Below, in pieces: positions 31,553 through 41,465 of a stretch of DNA of 64,000 nt. The first letter of the stretch is position 1. Each line of letters opens with the position of its first letter. Position numbers and translations under genes: made by a program. This DNA comes from Saccharolobus solfataricus P2 (GTDB lineage: Archaea; Thermoproteota; Thermoprotei_A; Sulfolobales; Sulfolobaceae): NCBI RefSeq assembly GCF_000007005.1, contig NC_002754.1; one strand, given 5' to 3'. Below the pieces are notes generated by a model. The model was not told the DNA's origin, did not search any database, and worked only from the letters and a program-made list of their open reading frames with translations.

Positions 31553-32470
31553 ATGCCCCTAGACCCTCGAATCAAAGAGCTCCTAGAATCAGGTTTTATC
31601 GTACCAATTGGTAAAGCCTCGGTAGATGAGGTAAGAAAAATATTTAGGCAATTAGCATCAGCCGCGCCTAAAGTTGAAGTTGGAAAAGTAGAAGATATAA
31701 AAATACCAGGTAGTGAAGCCAATATAAACGCTCGAGTATATTTGCCAAAGGCTAACGGTCCATATGGAGTTTTAATATATCTTCATGGAGGAGGCTTTGT
31801 TATAGGAGATGTGGAATCTTATGACCCATTGTGTAGAGCTATCACCAATGCATGCAACTGTGTCGTAGTATCAGTTGATTATAGGTTAGCTCCAGAATAT
31901 AAGTTTCCTTCTGCTGTCATCGATTCATTTGATGCTACTAACTGGGTTTATAATAATTTGGACAAGTTTGATGGAAAAATGGGCGTCGCTATTGCAGGGG
32001 ATAGCGCTGGGGGAAATTTGGCAGCAGTTGTAGCTCTTCTTTCAAAGGGTAAACTTAATTTAAAGTATCAAATTCTAATTTACCCTGCTGTAGGTTTCGA
32101 TAGCGTTTCAAGATCCATGATAGAATACTCTGATGGTTTCTTCCTAACTAGAGAACATATAGAGTGGTTCGGTTCTCAATACTTACGAAGTCCTGCAGAC
32201 TTACTAGACTTTAGGTTTTCTCCAATTCTAGTACAAGATTTAAGCGGATTACCTCCAGCCTTAATAATAACAGCAGAATATGACCCATTAAGGGATCAAG
32301 GAGAAGCTTATGCGAATAGATTACTACAAGCTGGAGTACCGGTTACCAGTGTTAGGTTCAATAACGTTATACATGGATTCCTTTCATTTTTCCCGTTAAT
32401 AGAGCAAGGAAGAGATGCTATAGGTTTAATAGGCTCTGTTTTAAGGCGCGCATTTTATGATAAAAGTTAA
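31553..32470 (+). CDS. HSL-family carboxylesterase/arylesterase
   Basis: Motifs HGGGF, GDSAGG, EYDPLRD and HGF. Confidence 0.95.
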   Translation: MPLDPRIKELLESGFIVPIGKASVDEVRKIFRQLASAAPKVEVGKVEDIKIPGSEANINARVYLPKANGPYGVLIYLHGGGFVIGDVESYDPLCRAITNACNCVVVSVDYRLAPEYKFPSAVIDSFDATNWVYNNLDKFDGKMGVAIAGDSAGGNLAAVVALLSKGKLNLKYQILIYPAVGFDSVSRSMIEYSDGFFLTREHIEWFGSQYLRSPADLLDFRFSPILVQDLSGLPPALIITAEYDPLRDQGEAYANRLLQAGVPVTSVRFNNVIHGFLSFFPLIEQGRDAIGLIGSVLRRAFYDKS

Positions 32471-32547
32471 TAATCTTTTTTATTTTAATTTTTGTTTTAA
32501 GGCATTTATTAAAAACATTTAAAAAGAGTCAATAACAAATTAAGACT

Positions 32548-33558
32548 ATGAAAGCTGTTATTCTTCCAGCTCATAAACAAGGTTATAGAATTGAGGAAGT
32601 ACCAGATCCTAAACCGGGTAAGGATGAAGCCATTATTAAGGTTAACAAGGCTGCACTGTGTTATAGGGACTTATTGCAAATAAAAGGATTCTACCCCAGA
32701 TCTAAATACCCGTTAATTTTAGGTCATGAAGTTGTGGGAACTGTAGAGGAAGTTGGAGAAGACGTTAAGGATTTTAAGAAAGGGGATAGAGTTACGTCAA
32801 TGCTTTTTGTCCCTGACTGGTCATGTGAATATTGTAAAAGTGGAGAAGAAGTTTATTGTAAGAATAGGGTTGTATACGCTCAAGAATTAGATGGATTTTT
32901 CGCAGAAAAAGCTAAAGTTAAGGCAAGCAGTCTAGTTAAAGTACCTGAGAGTGTTTCCGATGAGGGAGCTGTTATAGTACCATGTGTTGCTGCAATGGTT
33001 TATAGGGGTTTGAAAAAAGCTGGAATAAAAAAAGGAGAAATTGTATTGGTTACTGGAGCAAGTGGTGGTGTAGGTATTCATGCTATTCAAGTAGCTAAGG
33101 CTTTAGGGGCTAAGGTAATAGGAGTTACTAGTGGGGAAAGCAAGGCTAAGATAGTTTCTAAATATGCTGACTACGTAATTGTAGGTGAGAAGTTCTCAGA
33201 AGAGGCTAAAAAGATAGGTGACGTTTCCATTGTAATTGAAAATGTGGGTCCCTATACGCTAGAAGAAAGTATGAAGAGTCTGAGGAGTGGCGGTAAGATT
33301 ATACAGATCGGTAATTTAGATCCTTCTGTAACATTTAATTTAAGGCTGGGCTATATTATTCTTAAAGACATAAGTTTAATGGGGCATATAGGCGCAAATA
33401 AAAATGATATAATAAAAACTCTAAACCTTGTTAAGGAGGGTAAAATAAAACCTGTTATTGGAAGTGAGGTTAGCTTAGAGAATTTTGGAAAAGCTCTTGA
33501 CTTGCTTAATGACAGTAAAAATAGGTACGGAAAAATATTGATCTCAAACTCTTTCTAG
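32548..33558 (+). CDS. Zn-dependent MDR dehydrogenase, acryloyl-CoA reductase-like
   Basis: Motifs ALCYRD, LGHE and VTGASGGVG. Confidence 0.88.
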   Translation: MKAVILPAHKQGYRIEEVPDPKPGKDEAIIKVNKAALCYRDLLQIKGFYPRSKYPLILGHEVVGTVEEVGEDVKDFKKGDRVTSMLFVPDWSCEYCKSGEEVYCKNRVVYAQELDGFFAEKAKVKASSLVKVPESVSDEGAVIVPCVAAMVYRGLKKAGIKKGEIVLVTGASGGVGIHAIQVAKALGAKVIGVTSGESKAKIVSKYADYVIVGEKFSEEAKKIGDVSIVIENVGPYTLEESMKSLRSGGKIIQIGNLDPSVTFNLRLGYIILKDISLMGHIGANKNDIIKTLNLVKEGKIKPVIGSEVSLENFGKALDLLNDSKNRYGKILISNSF

Positions 33559-34731
33559 AACTATTGCCCCACCTTGACCTCCACCAACACACAGCGTTGC
33601 AACACCGTAATCCTTTCCTTCTATTATTAATTGCCTAGCCAAGGTACCCACTAGTCTAGCCCCAGTGGCTCCTAGTGGATGCCCTATAGCAATAGCACCT
33701 CCCTTCTTATTTACTGTGCTCTCATCCAATTCTAATTGTTTTATAGCATATAATACTACAACTGCAAATGCCTCATTTATTTCCCATAAGTCTATTTTTC
33801 TTGTACTTAAATTTGCCTTTTCTAAGGCCTTCTTGGAAGCCGGTACTGGTCCCTTCCCCATTACTGCTGGAGGTACTCCAGCAAACCCAAAACTCCTTAT
33901 TTTTGCCATTGGAGTTAATCCATATTTCTTCAATGCATTTTTTGACATTAGAAGTACATAAGAAGCTCCAGAATTCAAAGGTGCTGAATTTCCTGCAGTT
34001 ATTGTACCATTAGGTTTAAAGGCTGGAGGCAATTGGCCTAATTTTTCTATGCTAGTGTCTGGTCTAACCGATTGATCTACATTCACTACAGTTTTCTTCC
34101 CTTCAACTTCTACCTCAATAGGTAGGATCTCGTCTTTGAAATACCCCTCTTGTATAGCTTTCCATGCTAATTGATGACTCCTTAAAGACCACCTATCCAT
34201 TTCCTCCCTTTTTATTCTAGCTTCTTCAGCTAATTTCTCAGCAGTTAATCCCATAACATATCCTGTAGTTAAATCGTATTCAATATATTTACTATCAGTT
34301 AGAAACTTAGTGTTAACTTCAATATGTGGATTATCAAACATTGGCGTTCTAGATAATTTTTCAACTCCACCCGCTAATACTATATCAGCCATACCAGTTG
34401 ATATTTCCATGGCTCCTATAGAAACTGTAGTTAATGATGAAGCGCATTGCCTATCCACAGCCATAGTTGGTATGTTATATGGTAATCTCGCTGCGAAAAT
34501 TTCATGCCTACCTCCGAAAGCCCATTGTTCGCCTACTTGGAGCGCACATCCAGTGATTATTTCGTCTATTTCTTCTGCCTTAATTCCGTTTTTCTCTATT
34601 AACCTATTTATTACCATTCCAGCTAATTCCTCTGGTCTTATATTGTAAAATGGATCTTTTTGATAGTCCTTGCGTGAAAACCTCGTAAATGCCGTTCTCG
34701 CATAATCTACCAGATATACATCCTCTAACAT
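33544..34731 (-). CDS. acetyl-CoA C-acyltransferase (thiolase)
   Basis: The full thiolase catalytic set: RQCASS, NEAFA, GHPLGATG and LCVGGG. Confidence 0.95.
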   Translation of the reverse strand: MLEDVYLVDYARTAFTRFSRKDYQKDPFYNIRPEELAGMVINRLIEKNGIKAEEIDEIITGCALQVGEQWAFGGRHEIFAARLPYNIPTMAVDRQCASSLTTVSIGAMEISTGMADIVLAGGVEKLSRTPMFDNPHIEVNTKFLTDSKYIEYDLTTGYVMGLTAEKLAEEARIKREEMDRWSLRSHQLAWKAIQEGYFKDEILPIEVEVEGKKTVVNVDQSVRPDTSIEKLGQLPPAFKPNGTITAGNSAPLNSGASYVLLMSKNALKKYGLTPMAKIRSFGFAGVPPAVMGKGPVPASKKALEKANLSTRKIDLWEINEAFAVVVLYAIKQLELDESTVNKKGGAIAIGHPLGATGARLVGTLARQLIIEGKDYGVATLCVGGGQGGAIVLERV

Positions 34732-34769
34732 CTTATCATCTAACCCACTATATTATTTTATTTGATAGA

Positions 34770-35669
34770 TTATATAGGTTGCAGGAACTCAGAGATATTC
34801 ACTTTACTATTGTATAACTTACTTAATGTAAGCGCTCTCCTTAAATGGAGGTGAATATCAAGATCATCTGTAAATCCTATCCCGCCATGGACTTGGATAC
34901 CACTTAATATAGCCTTAGGTATCTTCTTATTAGCTAAATCCTTAGCTATCCATGCGTACTTTATATTTTCTGCTGCTTCCAATATTAAAGATCTAGCTAA
35001 TTCCACATCAATTGCGTCATTAACCACTCTATGCTTTATTGCCTGATACGAACCTATAGGTTTTCCAAAAGCGACTCTCTCTTTACTATACTTAATTGAC
35101 ATACTAACTACTTCTTCACCACTTCCCACCATCTGAGAGGCTAATGAAAGTGCGATTTCAGCGTTATTAACTTCTATATCTTCATGGTTTCCAATGTTGT
35201 CTACTTTACTAATTTTCATGGAGCTATCAAGAGAATTGAAAGTGCGAATTGTACAGTTGCTTCTCTTAATCAGTCTATTTCCTATTATTATATAATCAGC
35301 CTCATCAGCCGAGGGCACTAAGTTTGAATCAGATATTGCTATTCTAATTTCACCGGCGTATACTCTATTCAAAATGTCCTTGTTCTTAATACCCCTAGAT
35401 GCTACTATACTACTTACCACAATTCCAGGCAGTAATTTTCTACCAATAACTTCATTTATTATCACGTTATCTCTTAATGATAGTGTGGAAAGGTAAGGTA
35501 AGATATCAAGCTTAATTATTTCCTTCCATATTTCCTCAATATAATCCTTGTTTCCCTCCATTACTGCCCTTAACTTTTTTGTGGACCACCTTGATTCCAG
35601 TAATTCATTTAGACTGCTTAAAATCAGTTTAAGATCCTCGCTAATTTCGAAGTTAAGATCTAGGAGCAT
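34770..35669 (-). CDS. short acyl-CoA dehydrogenase-like subunit (beta-type)
   Basis: RVAFGKPIGSYQAIKH and QVHGGIGFT; 299 aa with a reduced middle domain. Confidence 0.85.
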   Translation of the reverse strand: MLLDLNFEISEDLKLILSSLNELLESRWSTKKLRAVMEGNKDYIEEIWKEIIKLDILPYLSTLSLRDNVIINEVIGRKLLPGIVVSSIVASRGIKNKDILNRVYAGEIRIAISDSNLVPSADEADYIIIGNRLIKRSNCTIRTFNSLDSSMKISKVDNIGNHEDIEVNNAEIALSLASQMVGSGEEVVSMSIKYSKERVAFGKPIGSYQAIKHRVVNDAIDVELARSLILEAAENIKYAWIAKDLANKKIPKAILSGIQVHGGIGFTDDLDIHLHLRRALTLSKLYNSKVNISEFLQPI

Positions 35670-35673
35670 TTAA

Positions 35674-36600
35674 TCACCATGATTCAATTACATCCAAATC
35701 CTTTGGTAATAACATTTCCAATTTCATCCGCCTGGCTCTATTTATTGCATCAATCCTAGTATTCAAGAGCTTTTTAGCGTAGTCTACTAGCTCTATATTA
35801 GTTAGATTAAAAGGTAGACTTTCAACTTGGGGCATTGTAGGTTCAGAGAATATTCCTATAGCATAAGGTGCAAGATAATTTATGTGATCCATGGCAGCCT
35901 TATATACTCCCTCTCCATATTCCTTTACTAATCTTGTAATTAAATATATTCCAAATGCTATATGTCTAGACTCATCAGTAGCTATGAGGTTTACCATTTT
36001 AGCCAAGCCGGGTAGGATCTTTCTTGTATTTGTTATCTGCCTAAAAATATTGTAACCTCCTTCAGCTGCTACTCCTTCAACTATTAAATTGTAAGTTACC
36101 ACGGCTCTAACTTGATTTTCAGGAGAAGGATCTCTAGATAAATTCCACATAGCCTTTGGTAATTCTTCATAGAATATCTTCTTATAATTAGGCGAAAGAT
36201 CCTTTGTATATGCGCTCAGATCTTCCATAACATTGACTATATCAAAAAATCTTCTAAATGCCTCAACGTGTTTAGATTCCTCATAAACGAATTGTTCTAA
36301 ATACATTACCTCTTCTACCCTTCCCTCCTTAACTAGTGTCACGATTAGTGGATGGAGGTCTAATGCTACGGCTTCTTCTCCCGCAGCGAACTTTGAACCA
36401 ACATTTATTATAAACATTTTCTCTAAATCATTTAATTTTTTCCAGTCTTCTGCATCTTTACTTAGATCTATATTGGCTGGATCCCAGAAAAGCTTCTTTC
36501 CAAGCTGATATAATTTCATTGGGAAAAGTGACCAATTTAAGCCTCCAGATCTTATAGACTTAAAGTATTCATGCTTATATTCTTCAAAACTCATACCCAT
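35674..36600 (-). CDS. R2-like ligand-binding oxidase (R2lox)
   Basis: GEEAVALDLHPL, EESKH, YNLIVEGVAA..GY and DESRH; no R1 subunit gene nearby. Confidence 0.85.
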   Translation of the reverse strand: MGMSFEEYKHEYFKSIRSGGLNWSLFPMKLYQLGKKLFWDPANIDLSKDAEDWKKLNDLEKMFIINVGSKFAAGEEAVALDLHPLIVTLVKEGRVEEVMYLEQFVYEESKHVEAFRRFFDIVNVMEDLSAYTKDLSPNYKKIFYEELPKAMWNLSRDPSPENQVRAVVTYNLIVEGVAAEGGYNIFRQITNTRKILPGLAKMVNLIATDESRHIAFGIYLITRLVKEYGEGVYKAAMDHINYLAPYAIGIFSEPTMPQVESLPFNLTNIELVDYAKKLLNTRIDAINRARRMKLEMLLPKDLDVIESW

Positions 36601-36689
36601 AATTAACTATAAATGATTTGTTTATATTTAAATTTTGCCTTAGATACGATAAAATAAAGTTTTAGTTAAGCCAGAGAACGAAAAGACCC

Positions 36690-37448
36690 TTATTTTATTC
36701 CACCTTTTAAACTCTCTCCAGAGTCTAACACGAAAACTTGCCCTGTGAGAGACTCTATCTTAAGAATTGCTGCAGTGAACTCGGCTACCTCTTCTGGGTC
36801 AAGAATTTTACCCATTAAAGTGAATTTTTCACCAAATTCCTTTTCACTCATTCCTAACACTTGAAACATACTTTCACCTAGTTTAGTCTTCACGAATCCT
36901 GGAGCTATAGCATTAACCCTTATTTTAGGGGCTAGTTCTAAAGCTAGGTACTTGGTTAGTGCAATTACTGCAGCTTTCATAGCGCCATATATTGATAAGC
37001 CATAGGCTGGTGATACTCCAGCAACTGATGCTATGTTAACAATTGCTCCTCCATCTCTCATTTCCTTTGCTAAACTTTGAGAGCAGTAAACTACAGATTT
37101 AAAGTCAGTCGAGATATGCTTATCTAGAAGTTTATCATCTACATTTAAAAAGGGAGAGAATAGTCCTAAACCAGCATTATTTATCAATATGTCAGCTACT
37201 CTATACCTGTCGATGGTCGCTTTAGCTAAAGTTTCACACCCCTCTCTCGTAGAGACATCAGCTAAGATTCCAATAGCTTCTCCTCCGTTCTCCTTTATGA
37301 TTTTTATTGTTTCATTCATTTCATCAGCTCGCTTTTTAGCGTTTACTACAACTAAACTACCTTCTTTAGCTAATCTCACAGCTATTGCCCTACCAATACC
37401 CCTACCAGAACCCGTTACTACAACGACCTTATCCTTTAGGGAGTACAT
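36690..37448 (-). CDS. short-chain dehydrogenase/reductase (FabG-like)
   Basis: Motifs TGSGRGIG, NNAG, YGAMK and NAIAPG. Confidence 0.93.
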   Translation of the reverse strand: MYSLKDKVVVVTGSGRGIGRAIAVRLAKEGSLVVVNAKKRADEMNETIKIIKENGGEAIGILADVSTREGCETLAKATIDRYRVADILINNAGLGLFSPFLNVDDKLLDKHISTDFKSVVYCSQSLAKEMRDGGAIVNIASVAGVSPAYGLSIYGAMKAAVIALTKYLALELAPKIRVNAIAPGFVKTKLGESMFQVLGMSEKEFGEKFTLMGKILDPEEVAEFTAAILKIESLTGQVFVLDSGESLKGGIK

Positions 37449-37482
37449 GAATAATATAAAATTTTTAGCAATAAAAAACTTT

Positions 37483-38529
37483 CTAATTCCATCTTATTAT
37501 AGCCCTTATGTGTAACCCTTTCTTTAAATTCTCATAAGCCTCATTTATCATGTCTGGAGTGTAAATATGCGAAACTAACTTCTTAATGTCGATTTTCCCG
37601 GAAGAGGCCAAACTTACTAGATCGGGTAAATCAATTCTAGGTCTGTAGCCTAAACTTCCTATTAAGGTTATACCTCTGGAGACGAATAGTGTTACGGGAA
37701 TTTGTGCTAATGTAGAGAATCCTCCCAATCCCGTAACAACTATAGTCCCACCGCTTTTAACTACTTCTAACGATAATTTGAAATCTGGATAAGGTTTTGT
37801 CTCATATACTATATCAGCACCATCTTCTAAAGCTTCCAGAACTTTCGCCCTCGCATCATTTTCGTTAGCGTTAATAATATGAGTTGCGCCCAGTAATTTA
37901 GCACTCTTTAACTTATTCTCATCTATGTCGACTGCAACAATAGGATTTAATCCAATTGAGTTAGCCAATTGTATTGCAGCAGAACCTACACCACCAGCTC
38001 CCACTATAACAACACTCTTTCCTGAAGTAGCGTTCGCACTCTTTAATGCATTATAAGCAGTACCATATGCACATGCAATTGGAGAAGAATAGTATGGATC
38101 AAGATTTTTGGCCAGAGGAATTACTGCTATCTCTGGAACAGTTAAATACTCAGCATGACCTCCATTAATACCAATTAGACCTACTAGTCTCTTTGCATTA
38201 TCTTTACAATAATTCTCCTTACCATTTGCGCAATATCTACATATACCACATGGAACTATCCAAGATACTAGAACTGGATCTCCCTCCTTTAGTCCATATG
38301 GATTCTTAACGTTCTCACCTATCTTCTCTACCCACCCAGCTATTTCGTGACCAATTATAAACCCGTTAGGAAGTGGCCCTACCAATTCACCACTTAATAG
38401 ATGTAAATCGCTATGGCATATTCCGGTCGATGCTACTTTCACTAAGACTTCTCCTTCTTTTGGAGCTGGATTGGGAACTTCTTCTATTTCTAATGGTAAT
38501 CCATACCCTTTATATACGGCTGCTTTCAT
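37483..38529 (-). CDS. Zn-dependent alcohol dehydrogenase
   Basis: Motifs GICHSD and GHE, the structural-Zn motif CGICRYC...C, and GAGGVG. Confidence 0.93.
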   Translation of the reverse strand: MKAAVYKGYGLPLEIEEVPNPAPKEGEVLVKVASTGICHSDLHLLSGELVGPLPNGFIIGHEIAGWVEKIGENVKNPYGLKEGDPVLVSWIVPCGICRYCANGKENYCKDNAKRLVGLIGINGGHAEYLTVPEIAVIPLAKNLDPYYSSPIACAYGTAYNALKSANATSGKSVVIVGAGGVGSAAIQLANSIGLNPIVAVDIDENKLKSAKLLGATHIINANENDARAKVLEALEDGADIVYETKPYPDFKLSLEVVKSGGTIVVTGLGGFSTLAQIPVTLFVSRGITLIGSLGYRPRIDLPDLVSLASSGKIDIKKLVSHIYTPDMINEAYENLKKGLHIRAIIRWN

Positions 38530-38812
38530 TGTTTCTTTCTATATCTTTAATAGAATTAATTTCTTCCTTTATAATAGTCGACTTTTTATTTAATACCTCT
38601 CTATTTATATATAAACTCCCCTAGAGATATAGGGTATAATTTTAATGTGAAATCATATATTGTATAAATTGTATATAATATAAGATACAAACATAACAGT
38701 CAACTTTTAATGGTAGTAGCCTCTACTATTTTCAAACAATTTATCTAAATTGATAATAGAGTCAGAATTCAATTTTCCTTATTAAGAGAAATAGCTTTTT
38801 AACAAAATTGGC

Positions 38813-39217
38813 TCAGATCTTTCTCTTAATTCTTTCTAACCTTACTTCCTCGTCAAATCTTTTGATATTTTTCTCAATTTTCCTTCTTAGTGAGAATTTA
38901 ATAAAAGAAGCAAATCTACCTTCAAATTCTACTATTAGTCTAATCTCACCCTCTTTAAATAAGTCAAATTCTAAAACTCCACCTTCTCCCTTTTGTGTTC
39001 CCACACTATAAAACTTATAAGACACCTTATTATTCCCTACATAGACCGTACCGTGTAGAATTAATGATGTAACTCCTAACGATATCAAGGCATCAAATTC
39101 ATTACCATTTACAGATACTGTTTCAGCTCCTAATATCTTGTATAACGTAAAAATAGGATCTGACAGAATTTTTGCTAAAGCTTGTATATTATGCTGTGTA
39201 GAGAACGTGATTTCCAT
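38813..39217 (-). CDS. CoxG/SRPBCC-like small protein
   Basis: LSDP pattern and helix-grip-like length and composition. Confidence 0.6.
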   Translation of the reverse strand: MEITFSTQHNIQALAKILSDPIFTLYKILGAETVSVNGNEFDALISLGVTSLILHGTVYVGNNKVSYKFYSVGTQKGEGGVLEFDLFKEGEIRLIVEFEGRFASFIKFSLRRKIEKNIKRFDEEVRLERIKRKI

Positions 39218-39279
39218 AGATTTATTTTCCTATTTATTCTTTTTATGTTTTTCTATTATCAAATCAAAAGGAAAAAAGA

Positions 39280-40671
39280 CTAGCTTAATACCCTTTTAAC
39301 TAAGTTCTCGGCCTCCTTAAAATTATAACTTCTGAATAGCTCTATTTTGCTAGCTTCCATAGAACCTTCCGCATGTATCATACCAGTTAGCAAATAGCCA
39401 GTAAACGTACTAGCCCCTAATTCCTTAGCTAGTTTTAACACTTTTGCTCTTTCCTCTCCATCAACTGAGCCCCTTAAATATTTAACAATATTCTTTCCTT
39501 CATCACTTTCCAAATCTTCTTGAGAGGGCATAGTAGCTATTATCCCCCCAGCAATGTCAATTAAATCTCTTACAACATCATGGAAATGCATATTGGAGTA
39601 TAATTTACCAACATTAGTAAAAAGCGGGTTGGGCACAGCTATACCCTCCATGTTTACTGGATACACAGCCGCAGCTATCGCGCTACTCCTCATAATTTCC
39701 TTGTAGAGAATTATATCAACTATATCATCTCTCACATGCTTTTCATTCTCAATGCCATTTACTTGAGATGCCACTTTAGATGCTCCCAAATATAGATTCA
39801 TGGTCGCTGACCTATACGATAATGCAGTAAACCTATGGAAGGTTGCAAATAGCATAGCCAATGTTCCAGCGTAGTCGTATTCCTTAAATAAAAATACCCT
39901 ATCCCAAGGAACGAAAACGTCGTTGAAGACGGTTAATGTTTCTAGCTCATAATCTTTTCTACTGAGTACTGAGGAGGAATTGCCCTCAATTTCATCAATT
40001 GGTCTAATATACATCTTCAAACCTTTAGTATTAGCTGGAACCGCAAAGGCTACTGCGTAATCTTTATCGCTATCCCTCATTACTCTGGTTGGTATGACAA
40101 TAATCTCATCAGATACCGCAGATTGAGTTGTATGAGCCTTTGCTCCTCTAACAACTATTCCATCGCTTTTCACATCAACTACTCTAACATACATATCTGG
40201 ATCAACTTGTTCAGAAGGCCTCTTACTTCGATCTCCCTTAACGTCAGTCTGGGCAGTGGCTAACGTTAAATCTTCTTTAGCAACTCTCTCAAAATATTTT
40301 TCAACACGTTTTGAGTAATCAGTTCCGTATTTTCTATCAACTTGTTTTGCCGTGATCATAAGGGCAAAGATCGCATCACTTCCTATTGCTTGTGAAATGT
40401 TAAATACCCCATTACAATACATCGTTAAATCGTAAATTAGTTTATGTCTATCTAGCAAATCTTGAGATGTCCAAGGTACCTTAAAGAACTTGCTCATTTT
40501 TCCCATTTTATTATCCTCATAGACTCTATCAGCGTATTCATATAACTTAGCTGCGTGCAATGCGGCTGTCTTTAAGATCTGATGTGTTGTTATATCTTCT
40601 ACTAACTTCCCCCTATAATACAAATTTCTTCCATCTTTTAAGGACTTTAGGAAATCTTCTTTTGATCTCAT
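39280..40671 (-). CDS. 4-hydroxyphenylacetate 3-hydroxylase / 4-hydroxybutyryl-CoA dehydratase superfamily protein
   Basis: Motifs AQTDVKGDRSKRP, VRGAKAH, FNDVFVPWDRVF and HAEGS. Confidence 0.88.
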   Translation of the reverse strand: MRSKEDFLKSLKDGRNLYYRGKLVEDITTHQILKTAALHAAKLYEYADRVYEDNKMGKMSKFFKVPWTSQDLLDRHKLIYDLTMYCNGVFNISQAIGSDAIFALMITAKQVDRKYGTDYSKRVEKYFERVAKEDLTLATAQTDVKGDRSKRPSEQVDPDMYVRVVDVKSDGIVVRGAKAHTTQSAVSDEIIVIPTRVMRDSDKDYAVAFAVPANTKGLKMYIRPIDEIEGNSSSVLSRKDYELETLTVFNDVFVPWDRVFLFKEYDYAGTLAMLFATFHRFTALSYRSATMNLYLGASKVASQVNGIENEKHVRDDIVDIILYKEIMRSSAIAAAVYPVNMEGIAVPNPLFTNVGKLYSNMHFHDVVRDLIDIAGGIIATMPSQEDLESDEGKNIVKYLRGSVDGEERAKVLKLAKELGASTFTGYLLTGMIHAEGSMEASKIELFRSYNFKEAENLVKRVLS

Positions 40672-40809
40672 AAATAATATAACTCATGTTAGTCTATTAA
40701 CTTTTTCTTTACCTTAAAGAAATAACTCTATGATATGGGTTGGGAACATACCGCAAATTGATTGACCTAAAATCAACCCTTTAAAATAAATCTGTATTAT
40801 TAAAAAGCA

Positions 40810-41330
40810 CTTCTTTTACTTTAACTAAATACCACACTATGTCAAAGATATTATTAATAAATGGGAGAATAAATAATAATCTGAAATCCTCTTTTTCAGT
40901 TTGAATACGTTGAAGAGTGAATAGATAAGCGTTGCAATCAAGAAGGCTAAAATGCAAAACAAGAACTTAGTTGAACTAGTAGATAGGAAACGTTCCTATA
41001 AGACGTCTCTATGGGATTTCTCATCTCATCATATACTCTCAAGGCTTGTTGGGTAGATCAAGGTTAGTAGCTCTAACTATTTATTCAACTCTCATTCCCT
41101 TCTTCCTTCTCATCTTCTCCTTACGATTAGCGATAAACTTAGACTTGCTCATCTTTCTCGTGCCTCTTACTATTCGTAATTTATTCCCAATCACGTTCCT
41201 CGTAGATTTTAACGTCACCAACTGGTACTGAGATAATGTATTTGAATTGTGAGATGAAGTCTACTACGTTAACCGAGTGGAATCCTTCGTCAAGTTTTAT
41301 TAAGTTATTGAATTCTCAGCATTATTATAA
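40810..41330 (-). pseudogene. decayed ISH3-type (ISC1225-like) transposase fragment
   Basis: Minus-strand pieces LDEGFHSVNVVDFISQFKYIISVPVGDVKIYEE, NSKRHEKDEQV, ATNLDLP, RNPIETSYRN and TSSTKF, interrupted by stops and frameshifts. Boundaries are approximate. Confidence 0.8.
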
Positions 41331-41465
41331 TAAGTTCCAGTCTTTTCTATAAATCTGATCTTGCATAACTAGGAATTATTTTTGTAAAAAGATCTTGAAT
41401 ATGCTAGTGAAAGTAAGGTAACTCCAAAAAAAGTTTTCTTCAAAAATTATCTTTATTCTTGGTAC

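Noticed and set aside
35674-36600. Annotation as ribonucleotide reductase beta subunit (nrdB)
   Set aside because: The motif pattern and lipid-operon context fit R2lox, and there is no R1 gene in the window.
40762-40776. TTGACCTAAAATCAA as a second FadR operator
   Set aside because: It is one base shorter than the 43179 site and lies next to the transposase relic, so it may be IS-end sequence. Left unresolved.
41046-41231. 61-aa plus-strand ORF
   Set aside because: It is the antisense shadow of the transposase relic.
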